A stretch of DNA of 63,998 bases, the filler included, from Ministeria vibrans ATCC 50519 (Eukaryota > Protista > Filasterea): assembly GCA_943704425.1 (NCBI GenBank). It is 7 parts of 7 records of this genome, joined end to end, with 100 filler letters (N's around TTAATTAATTAA, not from the genome) between each part and the next. Parts side by side here need not be neighbours in the genome. Positions count along the whole stretch, not along the records: positions 53,761 to 58,977 come from CALSCP010000820.1; positions 59,078 to 62,191 come from CALSCP010000112.1; positions 62,292 to 63,998 come from CALSCP010001846.1; 4 more parts are not named here. One strand, given 5' to 3'. Under the pieces are notes generated by a model that ran no database searches, was not told the origin of the DNA, and was given only the letters and a program-made list of their open reading frames with translations. This document shows, in pieces, positions 53,761 through 63,998 of the stretch (its first letter is position 1; each line of letters begins with the position of its first letter). Both the position numbers and the translations under genes were made by a program.

Positions 53761-54452
53761 GGGCGGTCAGTTGAGGTCCGTTGGGGGGTGGGGCGGGAGC
53801 AGCTGGGGAGGGTGCTGCACGTGCACGTGGGGGAGCGAGAGCTCGGGCGGGAGGGGCTCGGGCGGGGGCAGGAGCACGAGGGATGGAGGCGCTGGCAGCA
53901 GGCCTCGGGGGCTGTGGTGGCATGGGCATCGGTGCCCGCGTCGTTGGGGGTGCCACGTGTTGAGGTTGGCGTGTATCCGGCCGTCGTTGGTCGCGGGGTT
54001 TCGTGCGTTGTCTTTCTCGTTGCTCAAATGTGCGGCCGCGCCGTGTGGCAGAGGCTGGCACGTCGTCCGCCGCCGCGAGTGCTCGTCCGAGAGACTTCAC
54101 TACTGACGGGTGGTGTCGCGCGAGAGTTTCGGGGAGAAGGATGGAGACGCGGCGGGACTCTGGTACGTGTGCGTGGGGCACGACTACCTTGATGGACTCT
54201 GGGCGGTACTCGGCTATAGGGTATCCTGCCTGGTGGAGTCTGCCAAGTGTGCCGGCCAGTGTCATGGTTTTGTGGAACACATGCACAGTACGCCATTCTT
54301 GCTCGTCTGCCTCTGCACGGCGTCTCGGCTTGATCATCCTCCATCCATCTGATGTGTCTCCATCGAATAGGGCCCGTGCCTCGGCCACGAGGAGTGGGTT
54401 GTGTTGTTCAAATTGGTCGGGAGTCGGTGGATGCTGATCCGCGTCGCCAGCC
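53761..54452 (-). other. Intronless GC-rich ORF fragment, possibly retroelement ORF1/gag-like
   Basis: Abrupt transition from AT-rich sequence, no clear initiator ATG, GWRMIKPRRR motif, Pro/Ala-rich tail running into the scaffold end. Confidence 0.3.
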
Positions 54453-54690
54453 GTCGTGAAAATTATTATTATTTTATTTGGAGAAATTAATAGACGAAGA
54501 AGAAGAATAATAATAGTAATTACGACGCCTAACCCTTTTCGACTTCATTTATTTCTAATAATAGTAATTAGTAAATAAATAAAATAATTATTAATAATTA
54601 TTATATTTTTTATTATTATTATAATAATAATAATTATTATTATTAATTATTTATTTATTATAATATTTTTATTATTATTATAATTATACA

Positions 54691-56846
54691 TTACATGAAC
54701 GACTCAAAGATGCGCAGAAGCATGGTAGACGCGAGTATGCGGGGAAATGACATTGCGTTGTTAGGGTACCACTCGGCAGGAAAAAAATGCATTGAGTTGT
54801 CGTAGAAACGATCCGGGCGCGCACTGGCAAGGTCGAAGAGAGTCGCTACGGACACTGTATAAGGTATGGCGTCAGAACCGTCACCGTGGCGGAGGGACGA
54901 GATTGTCGACGCTAGAACCTCTGACCAGAATAAATTAGTTCGGCGTTTTTTGGGAGTCGCCTGACCAGGTGACTGCACAATCACAAGATGACCGCGGAAA
55001 TTTTGCATAGAGAGCTTCTTAAAGAAGCTGCGAAGCATTGTTGCCCACTGACGTTTGGGGAACAGGCTGATGTTGTCGTGGAGCAGAGCAAACCCAACAA
55101 CAAGCAGCTGTGCTTGCAGAATGGGTCCTCTCACATGCCAAATCGGGTCCGAGGTGGGCGCTTCGTAAGGTGGCGTGCAGTTTCGGCTGTGCCGGAGACG
55201 CGTGATTTTATTCAGCGCTTCCATTTCGTCTGCTGCACATAGTTGATTAGGAATTTTAAGTGTTCCAAAAGTGCACAGTAGGTCCAGTGTGAACCTGAAA
55301 ACACGAAAAGAAATAGTTAAAAAACATAACAACACGTCTTGATAATAATAATAATTAACATAAAAAATATACAAAATATTATAATAATAGTAAGAATAAA
55401 AATAAGAAAAAGAATAATAATAATAATAATAGTCACTAGAGCGTACCCTGCAATTGTCGTAGGAGTGGTGTACACAGGCGCCGTAGGAGATCGCAAAGTA
55501 CCATTGCGATTCGATCCGGATGGCAGAGAGCCGTCGTGGTCGTCGTGAATGAAACTAATCATCTCCCAGAGCAAATTTCGCGTTTGTGAGTCGCCGACAA
55601 AGAGAATACGCTGTAGATCACGCTTTCGAAGATGAGAAAGCACAGTCTCGCGCGTGAAAAAGCGTTGACGACACCCAAACGGTAGGAAAGTGTACATATC
55701 TGATGTGACCCAGTGCGTGCCGGCGGCTTCCTCACAATCATCTGAATCCTGACTCCATTGTGCACAACGCTTCACATCAACAGAGGCAACCCAACGACCC
55801 GACTCAGTACCTTTGCACGCTGGTGCAGCGTCAACATGGAGTTCGCTTGTCAAACATTGGGCTCCGTCTAGTTCTTCCTGCGCACTTGGTGAGCGCACCT
55901 CATGCGACTTCAGTACCACCGGCGGAATATATTTTCCGGGTAAGAGCGCGCTATCCATTGGAAACTCGACTGAGTCGTGGTTTTCAGTTAATACTGAGGC
56001 GTTTAGCTGCCAGCGTTCAAACCAAGGTGTCTTGTAATGATCCGTGATCCTGTGCAGAGCGCACAAAGATTCCGCATCACTGATCACCATATCATCGGTG
56101 TTGTTTGCCATCGTAAACGCGGTACTCCATGGTGAACACCACAGACAAGAGGGAGGTCCCGTGGGTAGCAGAAACTGTCGCCAACTCACGCCGATACGCT
56201 CGAGGCGAAGATTCCATCGACTCTGATTGTACCGATACACGGGCACGTCACGAAAAATTACTGCGTACGCATGATGTGTCTTCGATCCACACGACTCACT
56301 GTCCAACGAGTCGTTCCATGGGGGTTCGCCAGGAAGCAAAACGCGTTGCTCCTCCACTTTGCTCTGCACCGAGTATGCAAACAGTTGATACTCGCGCTTG
56401 GAGGGAACGGCCGACAGAGCCAGTCGCGCCCGATAGTCGTCTCCTGTACATAATACGCCGCCTTTCGACCGTGAGATGACTTTGAAGGTCACACGCAAGT
56501 CATGACCAATGCTGTTGCAGCGCTTCCGCCATTGAAGACTTGTATGGGTCACACGAATCATGTTCGAGTCGACACACTCTTTGGTGTTCTCCGCACTGAA
56601 CAGCTCCGCCACTGGTGCTGACGGGAAGGGGACCACACAGTCAGGGGGAGGGAGTGACGAGAACCGTGACCACACAACGTCGCGAGAATGGTGTGTTGGT
56701 TTTTGATGCGGCAGATGCACGTTATTCATATCGCCAGGCAAAGGGGCATTATCGCGAGTACCCTCCCAGTCTACGACAAAGTAGTACCAACTGAAAAAGA
56801 CTACCAGGCTGGCCGAGACAAAGGCGAGCTGCAAACCACGGCGCAT
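54691..56846 (-). CDS. Type II membrane SGNH/PC-esterase family acyltransferase/esterase (NXPE/TBL/Cas1p-like), 2 exons
   Basis: N-terminal TM, GRWV...FLPFGC, ILFVGDSQTRN (GDS) and DNSMHF (D..H-type motif). Confidence 0.75.
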
Positions 56847-57294
56847 CACAAAAACATTGACAAATCGCTGTTTTTATCTCGCAATGATCGTTGACGCAGA
56901 TCGCGTTGTGGAACCAAGTAGATGGCGTGTGTTTTTGCTCAGAAGATTATTGATCAATGCAAAGACGGGCTTCAATATCGAGTGTGAAACGCGCGTCGCA
57001 ACCAATTTGCGTCCAGCGACACGTACAAAAACTCTCGGAGGATTACAGTGAAGAGGGACAGGTTATTATTATTATTACTTTTTTACTATTATTATTTCTC
57101 TTGTTTAGACATTGAGACACCTCTTTCTATTCTCTAGTAGTTGTTTTCTTATTTTATTATTATTATTATTAATTATTAATTATTAATTATTATTATTATA
57201 TTAGCGTACAATAATTTTAAGCATGTTTCGACAAACCTGCCGAGGCAAAAAGGGCCAGAGTGTATCAGTGCAACAGGGGTAGATGGATGGCCGA

Positions 57295-58308
57295 CTACAA
57301 GCCCAGCAAACGCAGTCGGACGGCATGTTTCTCCGACATGGATCTATCGCGCAATTTGGTGCGTTGGCGGTCCACCCACAGGGCGAGGTCAGGGTCGTCG
57401 CGTGGCGTGACGCGTGCGTGCCCCTTTTCGCGGTGAAACTGTTGCAATTGCCACAGACGCGTGTCCCACCCGACCTCGCAGGATGACCACGACGACACAC
57501 CTGAAGTTGACTGCTTTTTTGTGTTCCAGACGAATCCAATACCATCGAGCAGCGCCGACCGTTCAGAGTTGAGTTTCCCGCTTCGATGGTGGTCGCGTTG
57601 TCGGGCAACCCATCGTCCCAATTCTGGCAGCGACTGCCACTTCTGCGGCACGTTTGCGTGTCCGTATTCTTTGCGAAAGTCGTCCAGCTCGAGCAGACGT
57701 CGTTTCCATTGGGCATCTAAAATGTGAGTGAGACGGATGTGACTCCAACAAAACATGTCCCGAGACGAACCTTCGGTGTCATTCCAAGGGAACCGAGCCT
57801 GACGCAGCGCCTCGAGACGGTGTGGTGGCAAGTTGTTAGTTTCGTAAGCTCGGCGCTGTCGTCCCATCCAAGACGTGACGCTCTTCGGTGTGCTGTTGTT
57901 TGCGCGCGCATGGACAAAGGCGTCCAGTTGCATGCGCCATCTGTCGTCGGCACAGTCAAGCGTGGCCGTGGCTGTGGCGCTGAGCGTTGTATGTTGCGGG
58001 GATGATTCGCCTGGCGTCTCGTCGCTGGCATTCTGATCGCTGTCCGTGCTCGAGTCGGTATGTTTCGGGAGCCGAGCCAAACGTGGTAATTTGCGTTTTC
58101 TGAGTCGATCAGCCCGATCGTCCTCGCGCTCCTCGTCGGTTCGTTCAGGGTATCGGTCTTGTGTGACCTCGAGAACGGAGAATTGTCGTTTTCTCGGCTG
58201 TACCGGTTGGACCAGAGCGGTCGAGGTGACCGTTTGATCGCCTATTAAGTCGTCGACGCAAAATTCGTCCGGGATAGCCCCAACGTGAACAAAGGGGATA
58301 CCATTCAT
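57295..58308 (-). CDS. Protein with three helicase-associated (HA) domains and no helicase
   Basis: WKRRLLELDDFRKEYGHANVP...LGRWVARQR...LDGIGFVW plus two similar repeats. Confidence 0.85.
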   Translation of the reverse strand: MNGIPFVHVGAIPDEFCVDDLIGDQTVTSTALVQPVQPRKRQFSVLEVTQDRYPERTDEEREDDRADRLRKRKLPRLARLPKHTDSSTDSDQNASDETPGESSPQHTTLSATATATLDCADDRWRMQLDAFVHARANNSTPKSVTSWMGRQRRAYETNNLPPHRLEALRQARFPWNDTEGSSRDMFCWSHIRLTHILDAQWKRRLLELDDFRKEYGHANVPQKWQSLPELGRWVARQRDHHRSGKLNSERSALLDGIGFVWNTKKQSTSGVSSWSSCEVGWDTRLWQLQQFHREKGHARVTPRDDPDLALWVDRQRTKLRDRSMSEKHAVRLRLLGL

Positions 58309-58539
58309 GTCAATATTACTCAAAATATTAACAATAATGATTATTAAGATGAAAGAAGGGCACTGATTTTAGACAGTTTAGTTACATTGTTACAAACAAA
58401 TCGTTCAATCGAATTGAAAATTTGTTCCTTCATCTTTGTAAAAACTAAAAAGTAAGACGTAATTATTAATTTATTATTAATTTTCGTCAACTCGTTTGCA
58501 GTTGTTTCTAGCTTGTACTTTCTTGGCGGGTGGCCAAGA

Positions 58540-58906
58540 ATGAACGCGATTGAATTGCCATCCGATCCCAAACAAAGACTAAAAGTATGTGTAACTTTAC
58601 TGTCTCTCTCAAACCTCACTGACACATCTGTTTTACTTTTAATCGAACGACAAGGGGCATACATTCTCATTTGGATTCGTCTATGGCAACACTGCAACGC
58701 CTATCACAAGAATAGTACTCCTCCACAGACTGACGAAACTGCGCTAACCTCTCTCGCAGGACGCCGACGGCCATACGCATCGCTGGACAGTGTATGCGCA
58801 GGGCATCAATGGCGAAGACCTTAGTGATGTTGTCAGCAAGGTCGTATTCAAACTTCACGAGAGTTTTGCCGATCCCGTTCGCACTGTGTCAAAGCCACCA
58901 TTCGAG
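58540..58906 (+). CDS. YEATS4: YEATS domain protein (YEATS4/GAS41/Yaf9), 5' part
   Basis: FVYGNTA, GHTHRWTVY, VSKVVFKLHESFADPVRTVSKPPFE. Confidence 0.88.
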
Positions 58907-58909
58907 GTA

Positions 58910-58977
<68 letters not shown>

Positions 58978-59077
58978 NNNNNNNNNNNNNNNNNNNNNNN
59001 NNNNNNNNNNNNNNNNNNNNNTTAATTAATTAANNNNNNNNNNNNNNNNNNNNNNNNNNNNNNNNNNNNNNNNNNNN

Positions 59078-59155
<78 letters not shown>

Positions 59156-59167
59156 ACAAACTAGAAC

Positions 59168-59579
59168 GCACCGTCAAGACGAGGCACTTCTTGAAGCATC
59201 CGCTCAACATCGTGCGACGACCGGCACTTTGACGCAAAGGCACAGGGAACGCCGGTGGCGAGGCGCTGGCACAGGTTGTGCTCGCGGTCGGTCGCTATGC
59301 CCGCCTTGTTCACGCCGCGACGGTCCTTGTTCATCCCTCGGCGCTGCTCCGGAGGCACGCCGCCGCTGGCCTTCTCGACGGGCGACGACGGACCCGCCTG
59401 GGCGCTGTCTGTCTCCGCTGTGTCCTCCAGAGGGCGCTTTTCAACGCGAACCGGATCGGGCACGAGAAACCTATGAGAAAAGAGAGATTGGGTCACTGGC
59501 GACAAGAGAGAGAGTCGTTGCGCCTCGCGATTGCTTACTCTGCCTTGATTTTACACACGTATGCTGCGTCGCGAGACAT
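59168..59579 (-). CDS. DUS3L: tRNA-dihydrouridine(47) synthase Dus3, 5' part
   Basis: IKAE|FL, RRGMNKDR and CCCH finger LCQRLATGVPCAFASKCRSSHDV typical of the Dus3 N-terminus. Confidence 0.65.
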
Positions 59580-59844
59580 GCGAGAGTCAACTTTATGAAA
59601 AGAAGATAAAAAGAATAATTTTATTCAACGATGGAATGATCAATGAAACAGACAGATCGTTGCTGACAATAAGGCTTGGTCACAAATATCTTGCTCAACT
59701 AGTCACTGGAAAAAGGTTCAAGCTGGTCAGCCAGACAGCCTTTGTCAACGAACGCTCTGTTTGATTGATCATATTTTAGTTCAAAAATTGTTTGACTATA
59801 TTCAATCCAAAATGATACTATTGTTTGTAATTAATTCTTTATTG

Positions 59845-61610
59845 CTATTCAAAATCAAGTGTGAGAAAGTAAATCTGAGTTCCTTCCGGACTGATTTGGC
59901 CCTCGATCCACGACCAGTTGGGATGATTGAGCGGCGAGGTATAATTAATGATGAGATAACGCTTCGAAGAAACCTGCAAAGACAAACACAAGAGACATTA
60001 AAGACGGTCAGGAAAGAGGCATAAGACATCATTCATGATGCATACTTTGACAATGGAAGGGAAAGCGGTATCGCCACAGCCCGGGAGGTCCATCAGCCAC
60101 TCGAGGGTGCGGTCTGTGGGGACAACGCGCCAAAGAGCCGTTGTGTGTGCGCGCAAGGAGTACGAGCCCAGGAAGAGAGCACGCCGTTCCTACGCCACAG
60201 ACGAAATTAGCATGTGTGTATACAGTGCAATAGAGTTATAACCGCCACAAAACACCCAGTCAAAATGAGTCACTGAGTCACTGTTGACGCTTGACGATAG
60301 AATCAAACCATGATGGATCCCCTCAGCCACGCACAGTATAATTATGTCTGTCACTGAGAGTCTCACCTCAAACGGAAGATGATCGTATTTCCCACCCCAG
60401 TCGTACGTCCCATTGGTGTCTCTGCGTGCAACCAGATACACTGTTCCGTCGTGCGTGAAGGCCCGAGGGGACTCATAAATAGGCCGATCCGATTTCTTAA
60501 GGAGGAAACAATGCATCCGTTACGCCACTCATTTGAAAAGCTATGGTGTACCTCGTTGTAGTGCCAGTGAGAGAGGTCTGCTGCATCCGCATGAAACACG
60601 TGTGACCCAAATCCAGTCGTATCGCCATCTGATTGGATTATCAAGGACTTAAACCAATTCCTCCCTCACACTCTCCTACTCGTGCTTTTTACCTTCATTG
60701 CGCATTACTCCGAATATCCCACCATTGTCATCAAAGGACCATCCTACTTCGCTGACTCCCCCTGAATATACAACGGGACGCGCACTGTTCACTGGTTCCC
60801 AATGCACTCCCTTCAAACGGTGTGTGAGAAACCCCCCACTCAACGTATCATTAGATCATACGTCTGTTGTTTTGTTGAAAAACACTTTGACCGAGGCACG
60901 ATCAATGGAGTAGTGAGTGCCCGAGTACGACGTGGCATAAGCGGTCTCTGCGCCACTCTTGGCATCCTTGACAACGCGCAATTGCCAGGCGATTTCTCCT
61001 TCGTGTCCCTACACGCACAAGTGATGCGACCTGAGTGTCTCCATGTCATATTCCCTATTGATTACCCAAACTTCGGGTGCGGTCCATCGGCCCTGTCGCT
61101 CACGATGAATCCGAAGCAGCTGGTGCGGCTGGAACGCGTCCATTTTCGTGCCGGCTGTGAAAAAGCTGAAGATGAGTGTGCCGTTGAACTCAATGAAATA
61201 CGGCTCTCGCATGTCACGCCCAAGCTGAATGACGTGCTCAAAATCCCAGTGGGTGCGACCAAAGTCGGTACTGGACATGATGTAGATCTTGGTGCGGTTG
61301 CTGGCAAAGTGGAAAGGGGCTGAAAGGGGCGCGGAAGTTCAGTCGCAGATCATGCGAGGGGAATGTGAGTACCGCTGCGCCAACCCACAAAGAGACGTCC
61401 TTCGAACAGAATCGCACCCACGCAGTTGTTGGAGCGCTCAAGATCAACCTCGGAGGGCAGTTTGGCGAGCTTGGAGCCAGCGACCGGGGGGATGGCGAAC
61501 TCAGGTGCACTTGCAACAATCTTGGGGCTCTGGCGCACAGGAGCCGCAATCACCGCGCCCGTGGCCAGGAGTACAAGGGCAAGTGAGAGAATGACTGGAG
61601 CGGAAATCAT
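59845..61610 (-). CDS. Secreted putative beta-propeller (sialidase/BNR-like) protein, ~8 exons
   Basis: Signal peptide; SNNCV...WRS|APFHFAS, SSTDFGRTHW (Asp-box-like), DMREP, RNE, YESP, LPGCGDTAFPS. Confidence 0.65.
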
Positions 61611-61807
61611 TCGAACAATTGTAAAATGTAAACTGTTAGTCTCAGATTGGAAATGGGATGAATAACAAAGATCTCAATTTATGTTTTGACTTTTCTCGTG
61701 TGTATCAATTGACGTACTAAAACATTATCACTTGGATGGCACGGACAAGGTTTCTTTCAAACAACACAATAAAAATCATTTTGTTGCTTTAATTCCCACA
61801 CACTCCC

Positions 61808-61940
61808 TCATTCCTGTTTGAATTCTTCACTCTTGATCTCCGGCACCTCCTTTGCATTTCCCTTCCTTCTCAACGCTCGTTCAGCAACATAGTATCCCAG
61901 TCCTAGAAAGCAGAAACAAAGGTAAGCACCCACAGCGAGA
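61808..61940 (-). CDS. Last exon of a membrane protein (TM + basic tail); remainder lost at scaffold end
   Basis: [43 protein letters not shown]. Confidence 0.45.
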
Positions 61941-62108
61941 CTCACAACAGCCAGATGCACACACAGAGAGAGACGGACAGAGACAGACAGAAAAAGACAG
62001 ACAGAAAGAGACAGACGCACAGACAAAAACAGATAGACAGAGACAGACACACAGACAAAAACAGATAGACAGAGACAGACACACAGGCAGAGACAGATTG
62101 ACACACAG

Positions 62109-62191
<83 letters not shown>

Positions 62192-62291
62192 NNNNNNNNN
62201 NNNNNNNNNNNNNNNNNNNNNNNNNNNNNNNNNNNTTAATTAATTAANNNNNNNNNNNNNNNNNNNNNNNNNNNNNNNNNNNNNNNNNNNN

Positions 62292-62376
<85 letters not shown>

Positions 62377-62414
62377 ACACACACGCAAACCTATTTCATA
62401 ATGGCTCCTTTTAG

Positions 62415-62792
62415 TTTCCATCATAACATCGTTCTTGTCTCGTCTGGCGATGTGCTCTGTGCAACGACCGATCATGCAATGAACAATATGACCCTCAACG
62501 AGAACGTTTACTTCGCAACGGACCATAAGCAAATGCAGTTTCCGAACAAACTCGTAAGGAGCACACTCTCGCACACACGCACACGGAATATCGAATATCA
62601 CTCAAAATGGTGTTGTAGAGCTGGTCGCAATGGCAAGAGAAACACGACTCGCAATCGTTGATTTCCGATCCGCTCTTTGTCGATGGACCAAACCACAATT
62701 TCACTCTCTTGCCCAACTCACCGGCTCTCAAACTGGGCTTTAAACAGATTGACGTGTCGACTGTCGGTCCGCGATTCCCTTTGCCCGAATAA
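62415..62792 (+). CDS. C-terminal exons of a right-handed beta-helix glycoside hydrolase/pectin-lyase-fold protein (GH141-like)
   Basis: FHHNIV...NENVYF...SWSQWQEKHDSQSLISDPLFVD...FTLLPNSPALKLGFKQIDVSTVGPR*. Confidence 0.7.
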
Positions 62793-62977
62793 GAATGGGA
62801 GAATGCAGAAACAAACACACAATTACTGTCATTACAAGTGAAACACATAACCACATAAACACTATCACTTCATATCTATCTTCGCATCTGATGAACAGAC
62901 AGACCCGCTCGTGCACTGTACATATCCTGAGAGGCGGTTTACTTTGGATCGTCAAGACCGACGCAATACATCCTCCG

Positions 62978-63578
62978 TCACTTCTGGCTGAAGAGCAGAG
63001 CGAGTTGCGACGCTTCCTCTGCCATTTCAGCCTCTGATCGAGGTTTCCGCCCGCCTTCTCGATCGTGCTTGGCAAGAGCCTCGTAGATATCGTCGTTGTT
63101 AGCGAAATCGTGGGAGACGCGAGGCAGAATGTGTACATGAACGTGCGGGACACTCTGACCCGCTTTTTCCCCGTCCTACGCGATACAGAGGCGGTAAGCC
63201 AACGGTCGCATGCATGTATGAGATGCCGGTGGTCTCCATGCTCAACCTGCATTGCAATGTTGAACGCCTCGGCGCGGTAGTGCGGCTCAATGGCCGTGGC
63301 AACGCGCTGCACGGTCACGTAGAGATCGGTCACTTCAGCGACGCTCAGGTCGGTAAAGCGCGCCACCACGCGCGTGGGCGAGACAAGAACGTCTGCAGTG
63401 TCGAGGGGTTAGAACACAGGCGGTTCGAGAGAGCAAGGGAAACAGAGAGAGAGCGAGAGTGGCTTGACTGTTTACGTCCGGGAACAATGGGCTTGAGATT
63501 TACAAAGGCAGTCGAAAGTGCCGATCGATAGAACACTTGAGAAGCATTAAGTAGGTGAGGACCAAACTGGAATGCCAT
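62978..63578 (-). CDS. FHIT: Fragile histidine triad Ap3A hydrolase (3 exons)
   Basis: [17 protein letters not shown]|HVLV, Q|[34 protein letters not shown]. Confidence 0.95.
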
Positions 63579-63895
63579 TGTGGCAGAGCAAAGCAAAAAG
63601 TAAAAGTTTGAATAGGAATTATTATTAGAAACGAGGTTTCCACTTTACTAACAACTCAACAAGTTGGTTGAAATTAAAATATTGCGAATTTGGTTTACTG
63701 TACAATTTCTATACACACATTTTCTCTCAGGTCATCTTCTTCTTCTTTTTCCTGTAAAAATATTCCACATTAATAACTTCTTTTGTCGCTCTTCCCTATC
63801 ATACCTTCCAGCATCACTGTCTTCACTCACATTTCCACTAAAGTCCGCCAGATGATTCACCTTCACACAAAGACAAAGCGTTAGAGAGAGAAACC

Positions 63896-63998
63896 CAAAG
63901 TGATAGACAAAGTGATAGACAGAGTGATAGACAAAGTGAAAACAAAGTGATAGACAGGGTGATAGACAAAGTGATAGACAGAGTGATAGACAAAGTGA
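63896..63998. repeat. 12-bp minisatellite (ACAAAGTGATAG)n, runs off the window
   Basis: Directly visible tandem units. Confidence 0.9.

Noticed and set aside
61808-61940. Nicalin C-terminus
   Set aside because: Only a short LAVGAYL resemblance; insufficient.
63896-63998. CRISPR array or telomere
   Set aside because: No unique spacers and no G-rich telomeric motif; the same unit occurs in introns.

Overview
Gene-dense, intron-rich eukaryotic genomic DNA. It is most consistent with a flagellated unicellular holozoan such as a choanoflagellate (inference from DNAAF5, a tubby protein with the IFT-A helix, a Hog protein, a cadherin-like/short-chain-collagen-C4 module, and microsatellite-filled introns). 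The window is not contiguous: six N-TTAATTAATTAA-N linkers join seven separate scaffolds, so adjacency across them is meaningless. About 36 spliced genes or gene fragments can be reconstructed by hand, mostly as head-to-head pairs. They include an HMG-box protein, CPSF6-like, ATP6AP1, PA-TM-RING, glyoxalase, IMP1, CNNM, ATP6V1H, TIM21, JmjC, SRD5A, SLC25A19, TMEM53, ABHD11, ICE2, a PuuB-like oxidase, LSM11, DNAAF5, a C2H2 factor, beta-tubulin, tubby, PCID2, an SGNH esterase, an HA-repeat protein, YEATS4, DUS3L and FHIT. Most notable: (1) a minimal hedgehog-type Hog protein predicted to release a ~30-residue, 4-Cys, sterol-linked secreted peptide; (2) a Tribbles-like pseudokinase with a C-terminal QxVP motif; (3) a Crinkler/RHS-like NTPase+REase gene bracketed by atypical non-coding elements, one of which recurs on another scaffold; (4) a short-chain-collagen-C4-like domain fused to cadherin-like and jelly-roll modules. 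All family calls come from motif recognition by eye, not database searches. Exon coordinates are manual.
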